From a bacterium (GTDB lineage: Bacteria > Electryoneota > Electryoneia > Electryoneales > Electryoneaceae), in contig CAXXKJ010000002.1 in NCBI GenBank assembly GCA_963675295.2, positions 2,592,001 to 2,656,000 of the forward strand: a DNA stretch of 64,000 nucleotides, read 5' to 3'. The notes beneath the pieces were generated by a model, which did not search any database, had not been told where the DNA came from, and saw only the letters and a list, made by a program, of their open reading frames with translations. Position numbers and translations under genes: made by a program. Positions 19,552 through 30,312 of the stretch are shown here, one piece after another. Every line of letters starts with the position of its first letter. Positions within the stretch are counted from its first letter, which is position 1.

Positions 19552-20823
19552 ATGGACGGCACATCACGCTCCAGCCAGGTGTTGAAAAGCCTCGGTCCGG
19601 GATTGATCTGGGCGGCTGCGGCGATTGGCGTTTCGCACCTCGTGCAGTCAACACGGGCCGGCGCGGAGTTCGGCTTCGGCATCGTCTGGGCGGTGCTGGT
19701 CGCCAACCTGTTCAAGTATCCGTTCTTCGAATACGGGCCGCGCTACGCCGCAGCCACGGGCGAAAGCCTGCTCGAGGGCTACCGCCGGCTGGGCAAATGG
19801 CCGATCGCGATCTACATCATCCTCAGTCTCGGGACAACGTTCACGATTCTCGCCGCTGTCACCATTGTCACCGGGAGCCTCGCGACGCAGCTGTTCACCG
19901 ATTCGTTATCGGCGGTGAATTATTCGATCATCATCCTGTTTATCTGTGTGATTGTGCTGCTGATCGGGCGTTACCCGCTGCTCGACTCGTTGATCAAGGT
20001 GATTGTCGCCATCCTGGCGTTAACGTCATTGCTGGCAGTGCTGGTCGCGTTGAACAACCCGGCGGAACGCGCGCCGGATTTCGTCCCGCCGGACCTGTGG
20101 ACGATGGCGGGGATCAGCTTCCTCGTGGCGTTGATTGGGTGGATGCCGTCCGCGATTGACATCTCTGTGTGGCATTCGCTTTGGACGCTGGAACGGGTCA
20201 AGCAGACGCACCACCGTCCGAGTGTTCGTGACGCGCTGCTCGATTTCAACATCGGCTACATCGGTACCGCGGTCATCGCGATGTTCTTCCTCGGATTGGG
20301 TGCCCTAGTGATGTACGGCACCGGCGAGACCTTTTCCGCCAGCGGAACCGTATTCGCCAACCAGCTGATATCGCTGTACACCCGGTCGCTCGGCGGTTGG
20401 ACATCGCCGATCATCAAGATCGCGGCGTTCACCACCATGTTCAGCACCACGATCACCTGCGTCGATGCGTTTTCGCGTGTATTGCGTCGACTTACCGGGA
20501 TTGTCGCGCCACGAACCGTTCCCGCACGCTTCGACATGCCGCTGTACCTGGTCTGGATGGTCGTCGTCGTAGCGGGTGCGATCCTGCTGCTGACCACGTT
20601 CCAGGCGGGTATGACCGGGATGGTCGATCTGGCGACGACGCTGTCCTTCCTCACCGCGCCCGTGCTGGGCTACCTTAACCTGAAGGTGGTCACCGCGCCG
20701 CACATGCCGGCGAAGGCTCGTCCGAAACCGTGGTTGCATGTCCTGAGTTGGATCGGAATCATCTTCGGCACAGTGCTGGGAGTCGTCTTCCTCTACTGGC
20801 GCTTCTTTCACGTGGGCGGATGA
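19552..20823 (+). CDS. Nramp-like divalent metal transporter family protein
   Basis: LGPGLIWAAAAIGVSHLVQSTRAGA, KYPFFEYGPRYA, GWMP; about 11 TM segments; GGGAG RBS before ATG 19552. Confidence 0.85.
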   Translation: MDGTSRSSQVLKSLGPGLIWAAAAIGVSHLVQSTRAGAEFGFGIVWAVLVANLFKYPFFEYGPRYAAATGESLLEGYRRLGKWPIAIYIILSLGTTFTILAAVTIVTGSLATQLFTDSLSAVNYSIIILFICVIVLLIGRYPLLDSLIKVIVAILALTSLLAVLVALNNPAERAPDFVPPDLWTMAGISFLVALIGWMPSAIDISVWHSLWTLERVKQTHHRPSVRDALLDFNIGYIGTAVIAMFFLGLGALVMYGTGETFSASGTVFANQLISLYTRSLGGWTSPIIKIAAFTTMFSTTITCVDAFSRVLRRLTGIVAPRTVPARFDMPLYLVWMVVVVAGAILLLTTFQAGMTGMVDLATTLSFLTAPVLGYLNLKVVTAPHMPAKARPKPWLHVLSWIGIIFGTVLGVVFLYWRFFHVGG

Positions 20824-22817
20824 TGGTGTCCTCGAAACGCAAACGTACCGACCCGGTTCAGACGGAACCGACGACTGTCAACCGGAAACCGTTCTTCCAC
20901 GACTGGAAGACGTCGCTGCTGGTGTTCGCCGGGGCGTTTGCACTGCGTGTGGTATACCTGATCAGCCTGGGGGATGATCCGTGGGTCCACAATCCGATTG
21001 TCGACGAAATCGCTTACCGCAACATGGCGCTGGCGTTCCTGAACGGTGCGCCAGACCTGTACCCCTTCTTCCGTCCGCCTCTGTGGCCGATACTGATGGC
21101 GGGGTACTACCTCATCTTCGGTCAGGACGCCGGGTTCTTCGGCATCCGTATCCTCAGCGCGATCCTCAGCTCGCTGGCGATTGTGTCTGGTTTTCGCGTC
21201 GCGGATCGTCTGTTCGGACGCCGGAACGCATGGATCTCCGCAGCGATCACCGCCTCTGCCGGAGTTCTGCTGCACCTGCACACCACCGGCCTCGCCACAT
21301 CATTGTTCACACTGCTGACCGTCGAAGCGGTGCGGTTGACGTTGCACGCCCGCGATCATCGTGACAATCCGCAGTTCGCCTTCCCCGCCGGTGTGATCTG
21401 GGGACTGGCGGCGTTGACACGTCCCAATGCGTTGGCTGGAGCGGTGATTTCGATATTGTGGCTGATGTGGCCCTACTTCCGGGTGTGGTCCCGTCAGAAG
21501 CACCAAGCTTTCGCATCCGGCGGCTGGTTGCTGCTTGGTGTCATCCTGATCGTATCGCCGATTACGATGCTGAACTGGGTCCACGGGGACGATCCGGTTC
21601 TGATCTCTACCAACGGCGGAATCAACTTCTATCTCGGCAACAACACCTCAGCGGATGGATTGAGTCCGCTCCACCCCGTTCTGGGGCCGGATTGGGCACC
21701 GGCGGAAGTGGAGGCGTGGTCGGCGGAACAAGCCGGGCGGGCGTTGACGCCAAACCAGTCCTCCAACTGGTACTACGCGGAGGGGTTGCGGTTCTGGGGA
21801 CAGCATCCGGGCGAAGCGACGATGTTGACACTGAAGAAACTGCTCGTCACGCTCGGTGGCACCGAAACCAGCAACAACGGTGACTGGCGGTTCTTCGCCG
21901 ACCGGCGGATAATGCTGAAACTGCTGCTGCTGGTTGGGTTCTGGTGGATCGCGCCGCTGGGGTTCGCCGGATTGCTGGCGGCACGGCGTGATCCGCAAAC
22001 GGTCTACATCGCGGTGATTATCGCGGTCAACCTGCTGGTCGTCGCGGCGTTTTTTGTCGCCTCACGGTTCCGAGCGCCGCTGATTCCGTTGATCGCGCCG
22101 TTCACCGTGTACGCCTTCCAAATGATGCTCGACCGGCAGCACAGGCGGCGCGCGAGACGGGTACTGATCGCCGTGATCGTGCTGATTGTCGGGTTAAACG
22201 CGGCGGCGTGGCCCTTCGCCCAGCCGGATAATCATGCGTACGGCCATTTGGTGTACGGCATGCTGTACGTCAAGGAACACGATTCAAATCAGGCCGCGGA
22301 GCACTTCCGGCAGGCGTTGGATTTCAATCCAAACACTCCACTGGCGAACCTGTACCTTGGCGATCTCGCCCGCGACAATGAACAGTTTGAGGCGGCGATC
22401 ACCCGTTACCGTGCGGAGAACCAGCTCAAGCCGAAGTACCGTGCGTATCGCGGACTGGGGATCTGCTTCCGGCAGCTGGGGATGCATGACAGCGCACGGG
22501 TTGCGTTTGCCACGGCGTACCAGATGAATCCGGCGGATGATGCACTGCGACAAGCCTACGCGGAGGAAGTTGGCGAACAGGCGCTAACGGCGATGGAGGC
22601 TGGTGATACGGAGTTGGCGATTGCCGGATTTGCCCGTGCGAGCGAGATCGCACCGGAGAATCCGTTCTTCGGTTTCGGCCTGGCGGGCTCGTTGTGGTCG
22701 GCTGGCGAAACGGATCGCGCGAACGCAATCGCCGATTCGCTGTACCAACGTTATCCTGATTTCGTCCCGGCGAAACAGTGGGTTGAAGAGGGGTGGCGAC
22801 CGGAACCGAATCAGTAG
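20820..22817 (+). CDS. GT-C fold (GT39/PMT_2-like) membrane glycosyltransferase with C-terminal TPRs
   Basis: IVDEIAY loop, RPPLWP, ALTRPN, NGGINFYLGNN, RFRAPLIP, then TPR repeats; ATGA overlap with the upstream stop. Confidence 0.85.
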   Translation: MMVSSKRKRTDPVQTEPTTVNRKPFFHDWKTSLLVFAGAFALRVVYLISLGDDPWVHNPIVDEIAYRNMALAFLNGAPDLYPFFRPPLWPILMAGYYLIFGQDAGFFGIRILSAILSSLAIVSGFRVADRLFGRRNAWISAAITASAGVLLHLHTTGLATSLFTLLTVEAVRLTLHARDHRDNPQFAFPAGVIWGLAALTRPNALAGAVISILWLMWPYFRVWSRQKHQAFASGGWLLLGVILIVSPITMLNWVHGDDPVLISTNGGINFYLGNNTSADGLSPLHPVLGPDWAPAEVEAWSAEQAGRALTPNQSSNWYYAEGLRFWGQHPGEATMLTLKKLLVTLGGTETSNNGDWRFFADRRIMLKLLLLVGFWWIAPLGFAGLLAARRDPQTVYIAVIIAVNLLVVAAFFVASRFRAPLIPLIAPFTVYAFQMMLDRQHRRRARRVLIAVIVLIVGLNAAAWPFAQPDNHAYGHLVYGMLYVKEHDSNQAAEHFRQALDFNPNTPLANLYLGDLARDNEQFEAAITRYRAENQLKPKYRAYRGLGICFRQLGMHDSARVAFATAYQMNPADDALRQAYAEEVGEQALTAMEAGDTELAIAGFARASEIAPENPFFGFGLAGSLWSAGETDRANAIADSLYQRYPDFVPAKQWVEEGWRPEPNQ

Positions 22818-22875
22818 ACGTTCAGCACCTGTAGTAAGACTTCAGACCCTTCTGAAGAATTTGAGTGCATCCGGC

Positions 22876-22901
22876 TTACCACGGACTTAAGTCCGTGGTA
22901 A
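22876..22901. repeat. Perfect 26-bp palindrome (REP-like), copy 1
   Basis: TTACCACGGACTTAAGTCCGTGGTAA is self-complementary and identical to 23351..23376. Confidence 0.95.
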
Positions 22902-22918
22902 TGTGCTGCGTGCGTGAG

Positions 22919-23305
22919 TCAGCTTTTGACCGGTTGTGGCGGCGGATCGACCGCCTGAACCGGTTTCGCCCGGCCGTCATCATCCAACGCGACAAATGTG
23001 CATGTGGTCCGTACCACCAGTTCCTCCCGCACCAGGCCGAGGATGTCGAAGGTGATGCTGGTCCGTCCCACCTTCGGCGCGCACGCCTCGAAGCGTACGA
23101 TCTCCCCCACCTTGACCGGTTTCTTGAATACGATCTCGGTGAATTTGACGGTGACGACATGCATTTCGCCGGTCCACGTCCGTGCGAATATCGCCCCGGC
23201 TTCGTCCAGCCAGCCCATCATGATGCCGCCGAACAGGTTGCCATGCGTGCCGACATCTTTCGTCATGCACATCTTCGCGGTGATCGGGTATCGTTGCTCG
23301 TTCAT
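22919..23305 (-). CDS. Acyl-CoA thioesterase (hotdog fold)
   Basis: HGNLFGGIMMGWLDEAG, IVFKKPVKVGE, VGRTSI, TFVALDDDG. Confidence 0.92.
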   Translation of the reverse strand: MNEQRYPITAKMCMTKDVGTHGNLFGGIMMGWLDEAGAIFARTWTGEMHVVTVKFTEIVFKKPVKVGEIVRFEACAPKVGRTSITFDILGLVREELVVRTTCTFVALDDDGRAKPVQAVDPPPQPVKS

Positions 23306-23350
23306 TGATGACTCGTTTGCGTAGTTAACCTATGAGTACTCTCCACTAGC

Positions 23351-23376
23351 TTACCACGGACTTAAGTCCGTGGTAA
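23351..23376. repeat. Perfect 26-bp palindrome (REP-like), copy 2
   Basis: Identical to 22876..22901; identity extends to 29 bp with flanks GC...T. Confidence 0.95.
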
Positions 23377-23579
23377 TTGGGTGGGCCAGGGTTCAAAATA
23401 AGTGCGCGATGCCCGCGCAAGCTGTGCTGGCGCGGATAACCGAACGGTAATACCATCCCCCGATTGACTCCGGTTCGAGTCGGTTGTTGCCGCGCCTCCA
23501 CGAGAAATCAGCACCGGCGTCCCGGCGCGTTACTTTTCCGCCATCAAACAACACAGAAACGTAGCGATGGAGTCTGACC

Positions 23580-24779
23580 ATGAGTACCTCGTTCCGGGCA
23601 CGTGAGATCGCGGACAATGTCTACTGGGTCGGCGCGATTGACTGGGAACTGGAAGAGTTCCACGGCTACGCCACCCCGCGTGGCACAACGTACAACGCCT
23701 ACCTCATCCTCGCGGACAAGATCACGCTGATCGACACGGTCAAGGCGAAGTACACGGACGAACTGCTGGCGCGGATCTCGTCCGTGGTGCACCCGTCACG
23801 GATCGACTACATCGTCTCAAACCACGCCGAGATGGACCACACCGGCGCGTTGCCGAAGCTGCTGGATATCGTGCAGCCGGAAGCGGTGTACGCGTCCCCG
23901 AAAGGTGTGCAGGCGCTGGAGTTGCATTACGGCGGCGAGATGAACCTCGTTGGCGTCAAAGACGGCGACACGTTGTCCCTCGGCAACATGCAGCTGCAGT
24001 TCATGCTCACCAGCATGGTCCATTGGCCGGACAGCATGTTCAGCTTCCTCGATCACGGCAAGCTGCTGTTCTCGAACGATGCGTTCGGGATGCACGTGGC
24101 GTCCTCGGCGTTGTGGACGGACGAGCTCGAACCTGGCCTGATCCACGAAGAGACGAAGAACTATTACGCGAACATTCTCTGGCCGACCTCCAAGGCGGTG
24201 CAAAAGACGTTGAAGGGGCTGGACAAAGCAGGGATCGCGCCGGGCATCATCCTCCCCGACCACGGTCCCGGCTGGCGCAAGGATCTGGACGTGGTGCTGA
24301 AGTGGTATGCCGATTGGTCTGAAGGTGTGAAAGATCCGAAGCGGGCGGTGATCCTGTTCGACACGATGTGGGGCTCGACGGCGTCTATGGCACGCGCCAT
24401 CGCGGACGGCCTGATCGAAGGCGGGATGAATGTCACCATGCTGCCGATGGCAAAAACCGAACGCGCGCAGGTGGCGATGGAATGCCTCGACGCGTCGTTG
24501 CTGCTGGTTGGTTCACCGACGTTGAACGGCGGGATGTTCCCGTCCATCGCGGACGCGCTGACCTATCTCTCCGGCCTCAACCCGGGCAAACCACGGATCA
24601 AGGGCGGAGTGTTTGGCTCGTACGGCTGGAGCGGTGGCCTGTACAAGAAACTCGCGGCGCAACTGGACGACATGGGCGTCGACATCCCGCAGGACCCGCA
24701 GTCGGTGCAGTATGTGCCGAAGGCCGATGATCTTGCTGCATGCCGGGAGTATGGGTTGGCGTTGGCTAGCGAAGAATAA
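23580..24779 (+). CDS. fprA: Flavodiiron protein (FprA / A-type flavoprotein; O2/NO reductase)
   Basis: GTTYNAYLI, HAEMDH, HWPD, NDAFG, PDHG diiron ligands; flavodoxin TMWGST, GSPT, FGSYGWSG. Confidence 0.93.
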   Translation: MSTSFRAREIADNVYWVGAIDWELEEFHGYATPRGTTYNAYLILADKITLIDTVKAKYTDELLARISSVVHPSRIDYIVSNHAEMDHTGALPKLLDIVQPEAVYASPKGVQALELHYGGEMNLVGVKDGDTLSLGNMQLQFMLTSMVHWPDSMFSFLDHGKLLFSNDAFGMHVASSALWTDELEPGLIHEETKNYYANILWPTSKAVQKTLKGLDKAGIAPGIILPDHGPGWRKDLDVVLKWYADWSEGVKDPKRAVILFDTMWGSTASMARAIADGLIEGGMNVTMLPMAKTERAQVAMECLDASLLLVGSPTLNGGMFPSIADALTYLSGLNPGKPRIKGGVFGSYGWSGGLYKKLAAQLDDMGVDIPQDPQSVQYVPKADDLAACREYGLALASEE

Positions 24780-24862
24780 GTCCATGTTCAGAGCAGGCTT
24801 GTAGAAAGTGGCTGTATTTGCTCGCAAACGAGAAACCGATAAAGCCTGGATATACGATTAAG

Positions 24863-24908
24863 AGAAACGGGGACCGCCGATGTGTTCGGCAGTCCCCTTT
24901 GTTTTTCT
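24863..24908. terminator. Probable bidirectional terminator between convergent fprA and dnaK
   Basis: GGGGACCGCCGA-TGTGT-TCGGCAGTCCCC with a T-rich tract on + and an A-rich lead-in. Confidence 0.7.
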
Positions 24909-24941
24909 CAAACTCAAGTCTCAGGACTCAGGTCTATCGTA

Positions 24942-27004
<2,063 letters not shown>

Positions 27005-27043
27005 GAACCGGACGATCGTCTCGCAAAATCCGCCAATTCATCC

Positions 27044-27095
27044 TGTGGATAAGAAGCAGATAAACGAAAACAGCTATCCACACTTCTTACCCACC
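27044..27095. promoter_or_regulatory. Cluster of DnaA-box-like 9-mers
   Basis: TGTGGATAA 27044-52 (perfect, reverse), CTATCCACA 27074-82 (1 mismatch), TTACCCACC 27087-95 (2 mismatches). Confidence 0.45.
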
Positions 27096-27232
27096 GCTGG
27101 AAGGCGCATCAAGACTGGAAATGCGGGGACTTGGTGAGATGTTGTCTTCTCCCAACACCGCTCAAAGACGGATTTGGGGAGGTTTCTGAGGAGAACTCAA
27201 GTTACGGAAAATGATCAACCTGCGATCTGCCG

Positions 27233-27265
27233 AAAAAGAAAAACCCTGCCGATCTGGCAGGGTTT
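27233..27265 (-). terminator. Intrinsic terminator
   Basis: AAACCCTGCC-GATCT-GGCAGGGTTT hairpin followed by TTCTTTTT on the minus strand. Confidence 0.85.
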
Positions 27266-27292
27266 GGCAGGTATTGTCTGACGATGCAGCGG

Positions 27293-28150
27293 CTACCACA
27301 GCAGCATCGCGATCACCAGTGACGGCTGAGTCGAACTGTAGTTTTTGATCTCCACCTGAAATTTATCGCCGCCTTCGTTTTCGTGTACCAGCACGGGCAC
27401 CTTGTCCGACTGTGTATCCGCCTGCAACTGGTTGTCGTCGCGGTCGTAGAGGATCAGGTCGGCGTCGCTGCAATTCTCGTCCGCCGCGCCGAGCAGGATG
27501 TTCAACCCGTCCACGAGGTGCACGTTGGTCACGGTCACGCTCTCCCCCGATCCAAGCGGTGCGCCGTACAACGCCCACTGATTCGGCGTGTCTATGAACG
27601 CGAGGTCGTCGGCGAATGAACTCTGGGCTGCCGTTTCCAGACCGGTGTCAACGCATGTCGTGAGTTGGTCGAGGTCGAGATTAACGCCATTTTCCTGCAT
27701 CAGCACCAGGCTGCAGAAGCTGGAGGCGGTCGCGTCGTAGAGTTTCACCGTGATTCGATAATAGGCGGTTTTGGTCGGCGTGAACTCGAGCAACGGGTTG
27801 GCGTCGGTTTGCGTGTCTTCCTGGATCGTGTTGCCCTTGCTGTCGGAGATGGTCAGGTCGACATCAGTCGCATCGTCATCCCCGGCCGCCATAATAAGAT
27901 AACTGGTCCCGGCCTGGAATTCGGCGGACCAGCTGATTTCTTCGCCAACATCAAACAGCGATCCCATGATGCTGATACCGGGCATGTAGCCCACATTTTC
28001 GACGACCAGGCCGACGAGACCGGAATTAAGTACGATTCGGTCCATCGCCTGCTTCATGTACTTACCCGGCGTCCAGCTGTTGATGTCGGCCATCACAGGC
28101 AACGCCAGCAGAAAAACACAGACAAGTGCAATGAAGATGCCCTTCATCAC
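27293..28150 (-). CDS. Secreted protein with two PPC-like beta-sandwich repeats
   Basis: Signal peptide; internal duplication AGDDDATDVDLTISDSKGNTIQEDTQTDANP / AADENCSDADLILYDRDDNQLQADTQSDKVP. Confidence 0.7.
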   Translation of the reverse strand: MMKGIFIALVCVFLLALPVMADINSWTPGKYMKQAMDRIVLNSGLVGLVVENVGYMPGISIMGSLFDVGEEISWSAEFQAGTSYLIMAAGDDDATDVDLTISDSKGNTIQEDTQTDANPLLEFTPTKTAYYRITVKLYDATASSFCSLVLMQENGVNLDLDQLTTCVDTGLETAAQSSFADDLAFIDTPNQWALYGAPLGSGESVTVTNVHLVDGLNILLGAADENCSDADLILYDRDDNQLQADTQSDKVPVLVHENEGGDKFQVEIKNYSSTQPSLVIAMLLW

Positions 28151-28434
28151 CGTCCCCTCCCTTGTGCGTACAACTCAATCAAGATGTCCAACTCGTCCCG
28201 AGTTAGGCGTTTAGCTACATGACGAATATATTCGATCGGAACCTCGAGCGCAAGACATTATTATAAGATATAACACTAAAGTAAGTATATCGTGTTTCAG
28301 CTCGCAACTCGGTTTATAGTCTCACTATCGGCTCGACGGTGGAAGAGCTCCATTCAGTCGTAGAGAGCAAACCGGTCTCCGATGGAGGCCGGTTTTCTAT
28401 CGTTGGTGCATGTGCGGAGATCGAACGGCGTAGA

Positions 28435-29091
28435 CTATTTCCAGTCCTGCTTGCTTTCGATGGTACGCAGCAGGAATGGCGCTTCGGAGATGCCGGAACG
28501 GTCGGGGAATTGTTTCGCAAGCGCTTCGAGCAGACGGTCGAGTTCATCAATCGGGACTCCGACCCGAATCGCGCCTCGCAGATGGCTGTAGAGCTGGCGG
28601 GATCGGTTCTTCATCACCAACACGGACACCGTCCCGATTTCACGGGTTTGCATGTCCAGCCCACCACGGGCGAGAACCTTGCCGTAGCCTTCCGCGATCA
28701 TCCAGCTCGCCAGTTCAGGCGAATTGCCGCCAATGTACTCCCGCACCCTGTCGGACATGACGCCGTAGACCAGTTGAAACGTGTCCTGGCCACGATCCAG
28801 CCAGTCATCCCAACCGGCGGATTCATAGAGCTGTTTGTCCTCTTCCCCGCCTGGCCAGATTTTTTCCAGCGTCGCGGTAGCTTCCAGAGCGGTGGCGTAT
28901 CCGTCGTGGAGGTACGTCTGCAGCAGTACCTCGTAAATCGCCCGACGGGTGACACCAGCGTCTTTGAGCTCGCGGATCAGCTTTGTGGTCAACGGTGTCA
29001 TCTGGGCGACGGTGGACGCGGCGAGCACACCGAGGGTGATCGCGTGTTCGCGTGCGGCGGGATCGGGCAGGGTATCGGGATTGTGGGTCAT
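28435..29091 (-). CDS. Carboxymuconolactone decarboxylase / AhpD-like family protein
   Basis: GYGKVLARGGLDMQTREIGTVSVL, QLYSHLRGAIRVG. Confidence 0.85.
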   Translation of the reverse strand: MTHNPDTLPDPAAREHAITLGVLAASTVAQMTPLTTKLIRELKDAGVTRRAIYEVLLQTYLHDGYATALEATATLEKIWPGGEEDKQLYESAGWDDWLDRGQDTFQLVYGVMSDRVREYIGGNSPELASWMIAEGYGKVLARGGLDMQTREIGTVSVLVMKNRSRQLYSHLRGAIRVGVPIDELDRLLEALAKQFPDRSGISEAPFLLRTIESKQDWK

Positions 29092-29179
29092 GTCTGTCTG
29101 CTTGGACGTTGTGTTATTGAGAAACGCCCCGATGGGAAAAGTGCACCGGGGCGTGGAATCATCGTGATCGGGTCAACGG

Positions 29180-30190
29180 TTAGAACTTGCCGTTGAGGAT
29201 GTCGATCTGGTATTGCGCCGGCTGCCGGTAGTTGCGGTCGTTCATCGCCTTTTCATAGGCGGTGATGGCGGCGTCCTTCTGCTCCAGATGCTGGCGTGCC
29301 CACCCGAGTTCGAACCACGCGGCGGCGTAGTTGCCGTTGATGCCGGTCGCCTGTTCGGCAGAAGCCGCGGCTTCGTTGTACGATCCGAGCTTATTCAGCT
29401 TTTCAGCCAGCGCGGTGAGGTACTTGTAGTTGCGGCCATCGAGGGCAACGGCGGACTTGATTGCGTCTGCGGCTTCACGCATCTGGCCGTTTTCACTGTA
29501 CGCCTTGCCCATGTTGTAGAACGCGTCGTCGTTAGTCGCATCAAGCTGCGTCGCCTGCTGGAATGCGCTGATGGACTTGCTGTAGTCTTTCTGGTAGTAA
29601 TACGCCAGCCCGAGACCGGTAAACGCTTTCGATTTGTCAGCCGGATCACCGTCTTGCACCTGCACCGCCCGCTGGAACACTGCGACCGCATCACCGAACT
29701 GACGCTTCCGGTTCAGGATCATGCCCTTGGCGTAGTAGGCTTTGACGTAGCTGGAATTCAGCTGCGTCGCCTTGTTGAATGCCTGTTCTGCCTGGTCGAG
29801 CTGGTTGTTGAACTGGTAAGCGAGACCGAGGCTGTAGAAGGTCTTCGCTTCCAGCGGGTTCAGCTCCGCAGACTGGTTGAACGAGCTGATCGCTGCGGAA
29901 TAATTCCGCTGCCGCAGGTACTGATTGCCTTCGTTGTACAGCGAGATCGCACGCGATTTGGACTCGGCGTCCGCCTGCATCGCGTCAATCAACGACTTGA
30001 TCTCAGCGCCGAGAGCCTCATACTGCGCCTTCAGGGTTTCGTACTCTTCCGGCGAAGCGTTCGCCATCTGTTCCTTCAGGGCCTCCATCTGGGCCATCTT
30101 GTCGTCAATTTCCGGCGTCTGCGCGTTAACGAGATTCGCACCCAGAGTCAGCAGCAGAATCGTAAGCAGCAGTAGCGTTAGCCGTTTCAT
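29180..30190 (-). CDS. Secreted TPR-repeat protein
   Basis: Signal peptide, N-terminal coiled coil, about 7 TPRs (e.g. AKTFYSLGLAYQFNNQLDQAEQAFNKATQLNS). Confidence 0.9.
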   Translation of the reverse strand: MKRLTLLLLTILLLTLGANLVNAQTPEIDDKMAQMEALKEQMANASPEEYETLKAQYEALGAEIKSLIDAMQADAESKSRAISLYNEGNQYLRQRNYSAAISSFNQSAELNPLEAKTFYSLGLAYQFNNQLDQAEQAFNKATQLNSSYVKAYYAKGMILNRKRQFGDAVAVFQRAVQVQDGDPADKSKAFTGLGLAYYYQKDYSKSISAFQQATQLDATNDDAFYNMGKAYSENGQMREAADAIKSAVALDGRNYKYLTALAEKLNKLGSYNEAAASAEQATGINGNYAAAWFELGWARQHLEQKDAAITAYEKAMNDRNYRQPAQYQIDILNGKF

Positions 30191-30312
30191 GTTCTCACCT
30201 GGTTGTAACAAACAGTTTCGTTGCTTCATCGCGGCAAATATAGAACTCGTCTATAATACCCGCAAGCTCAGCGGCGGGTTTCGCCCTGCCGCTCCTTTTG
30301 CTAAAGATTTGT

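Noticed and set aside
22876-23376. Two identical palindromic repeats as a mini-CRISPR
   Set aside because: Separated by about 450 bp containing a gene, far longer than a spacer
27044-27095. Replication origin suggested by DnaA-like boxes
   Set aside because: Only one perfect box, no clear AT-rich unwinding element, and no dnaA/dnaN/gidA nearby; kept only as a possible regulatory site
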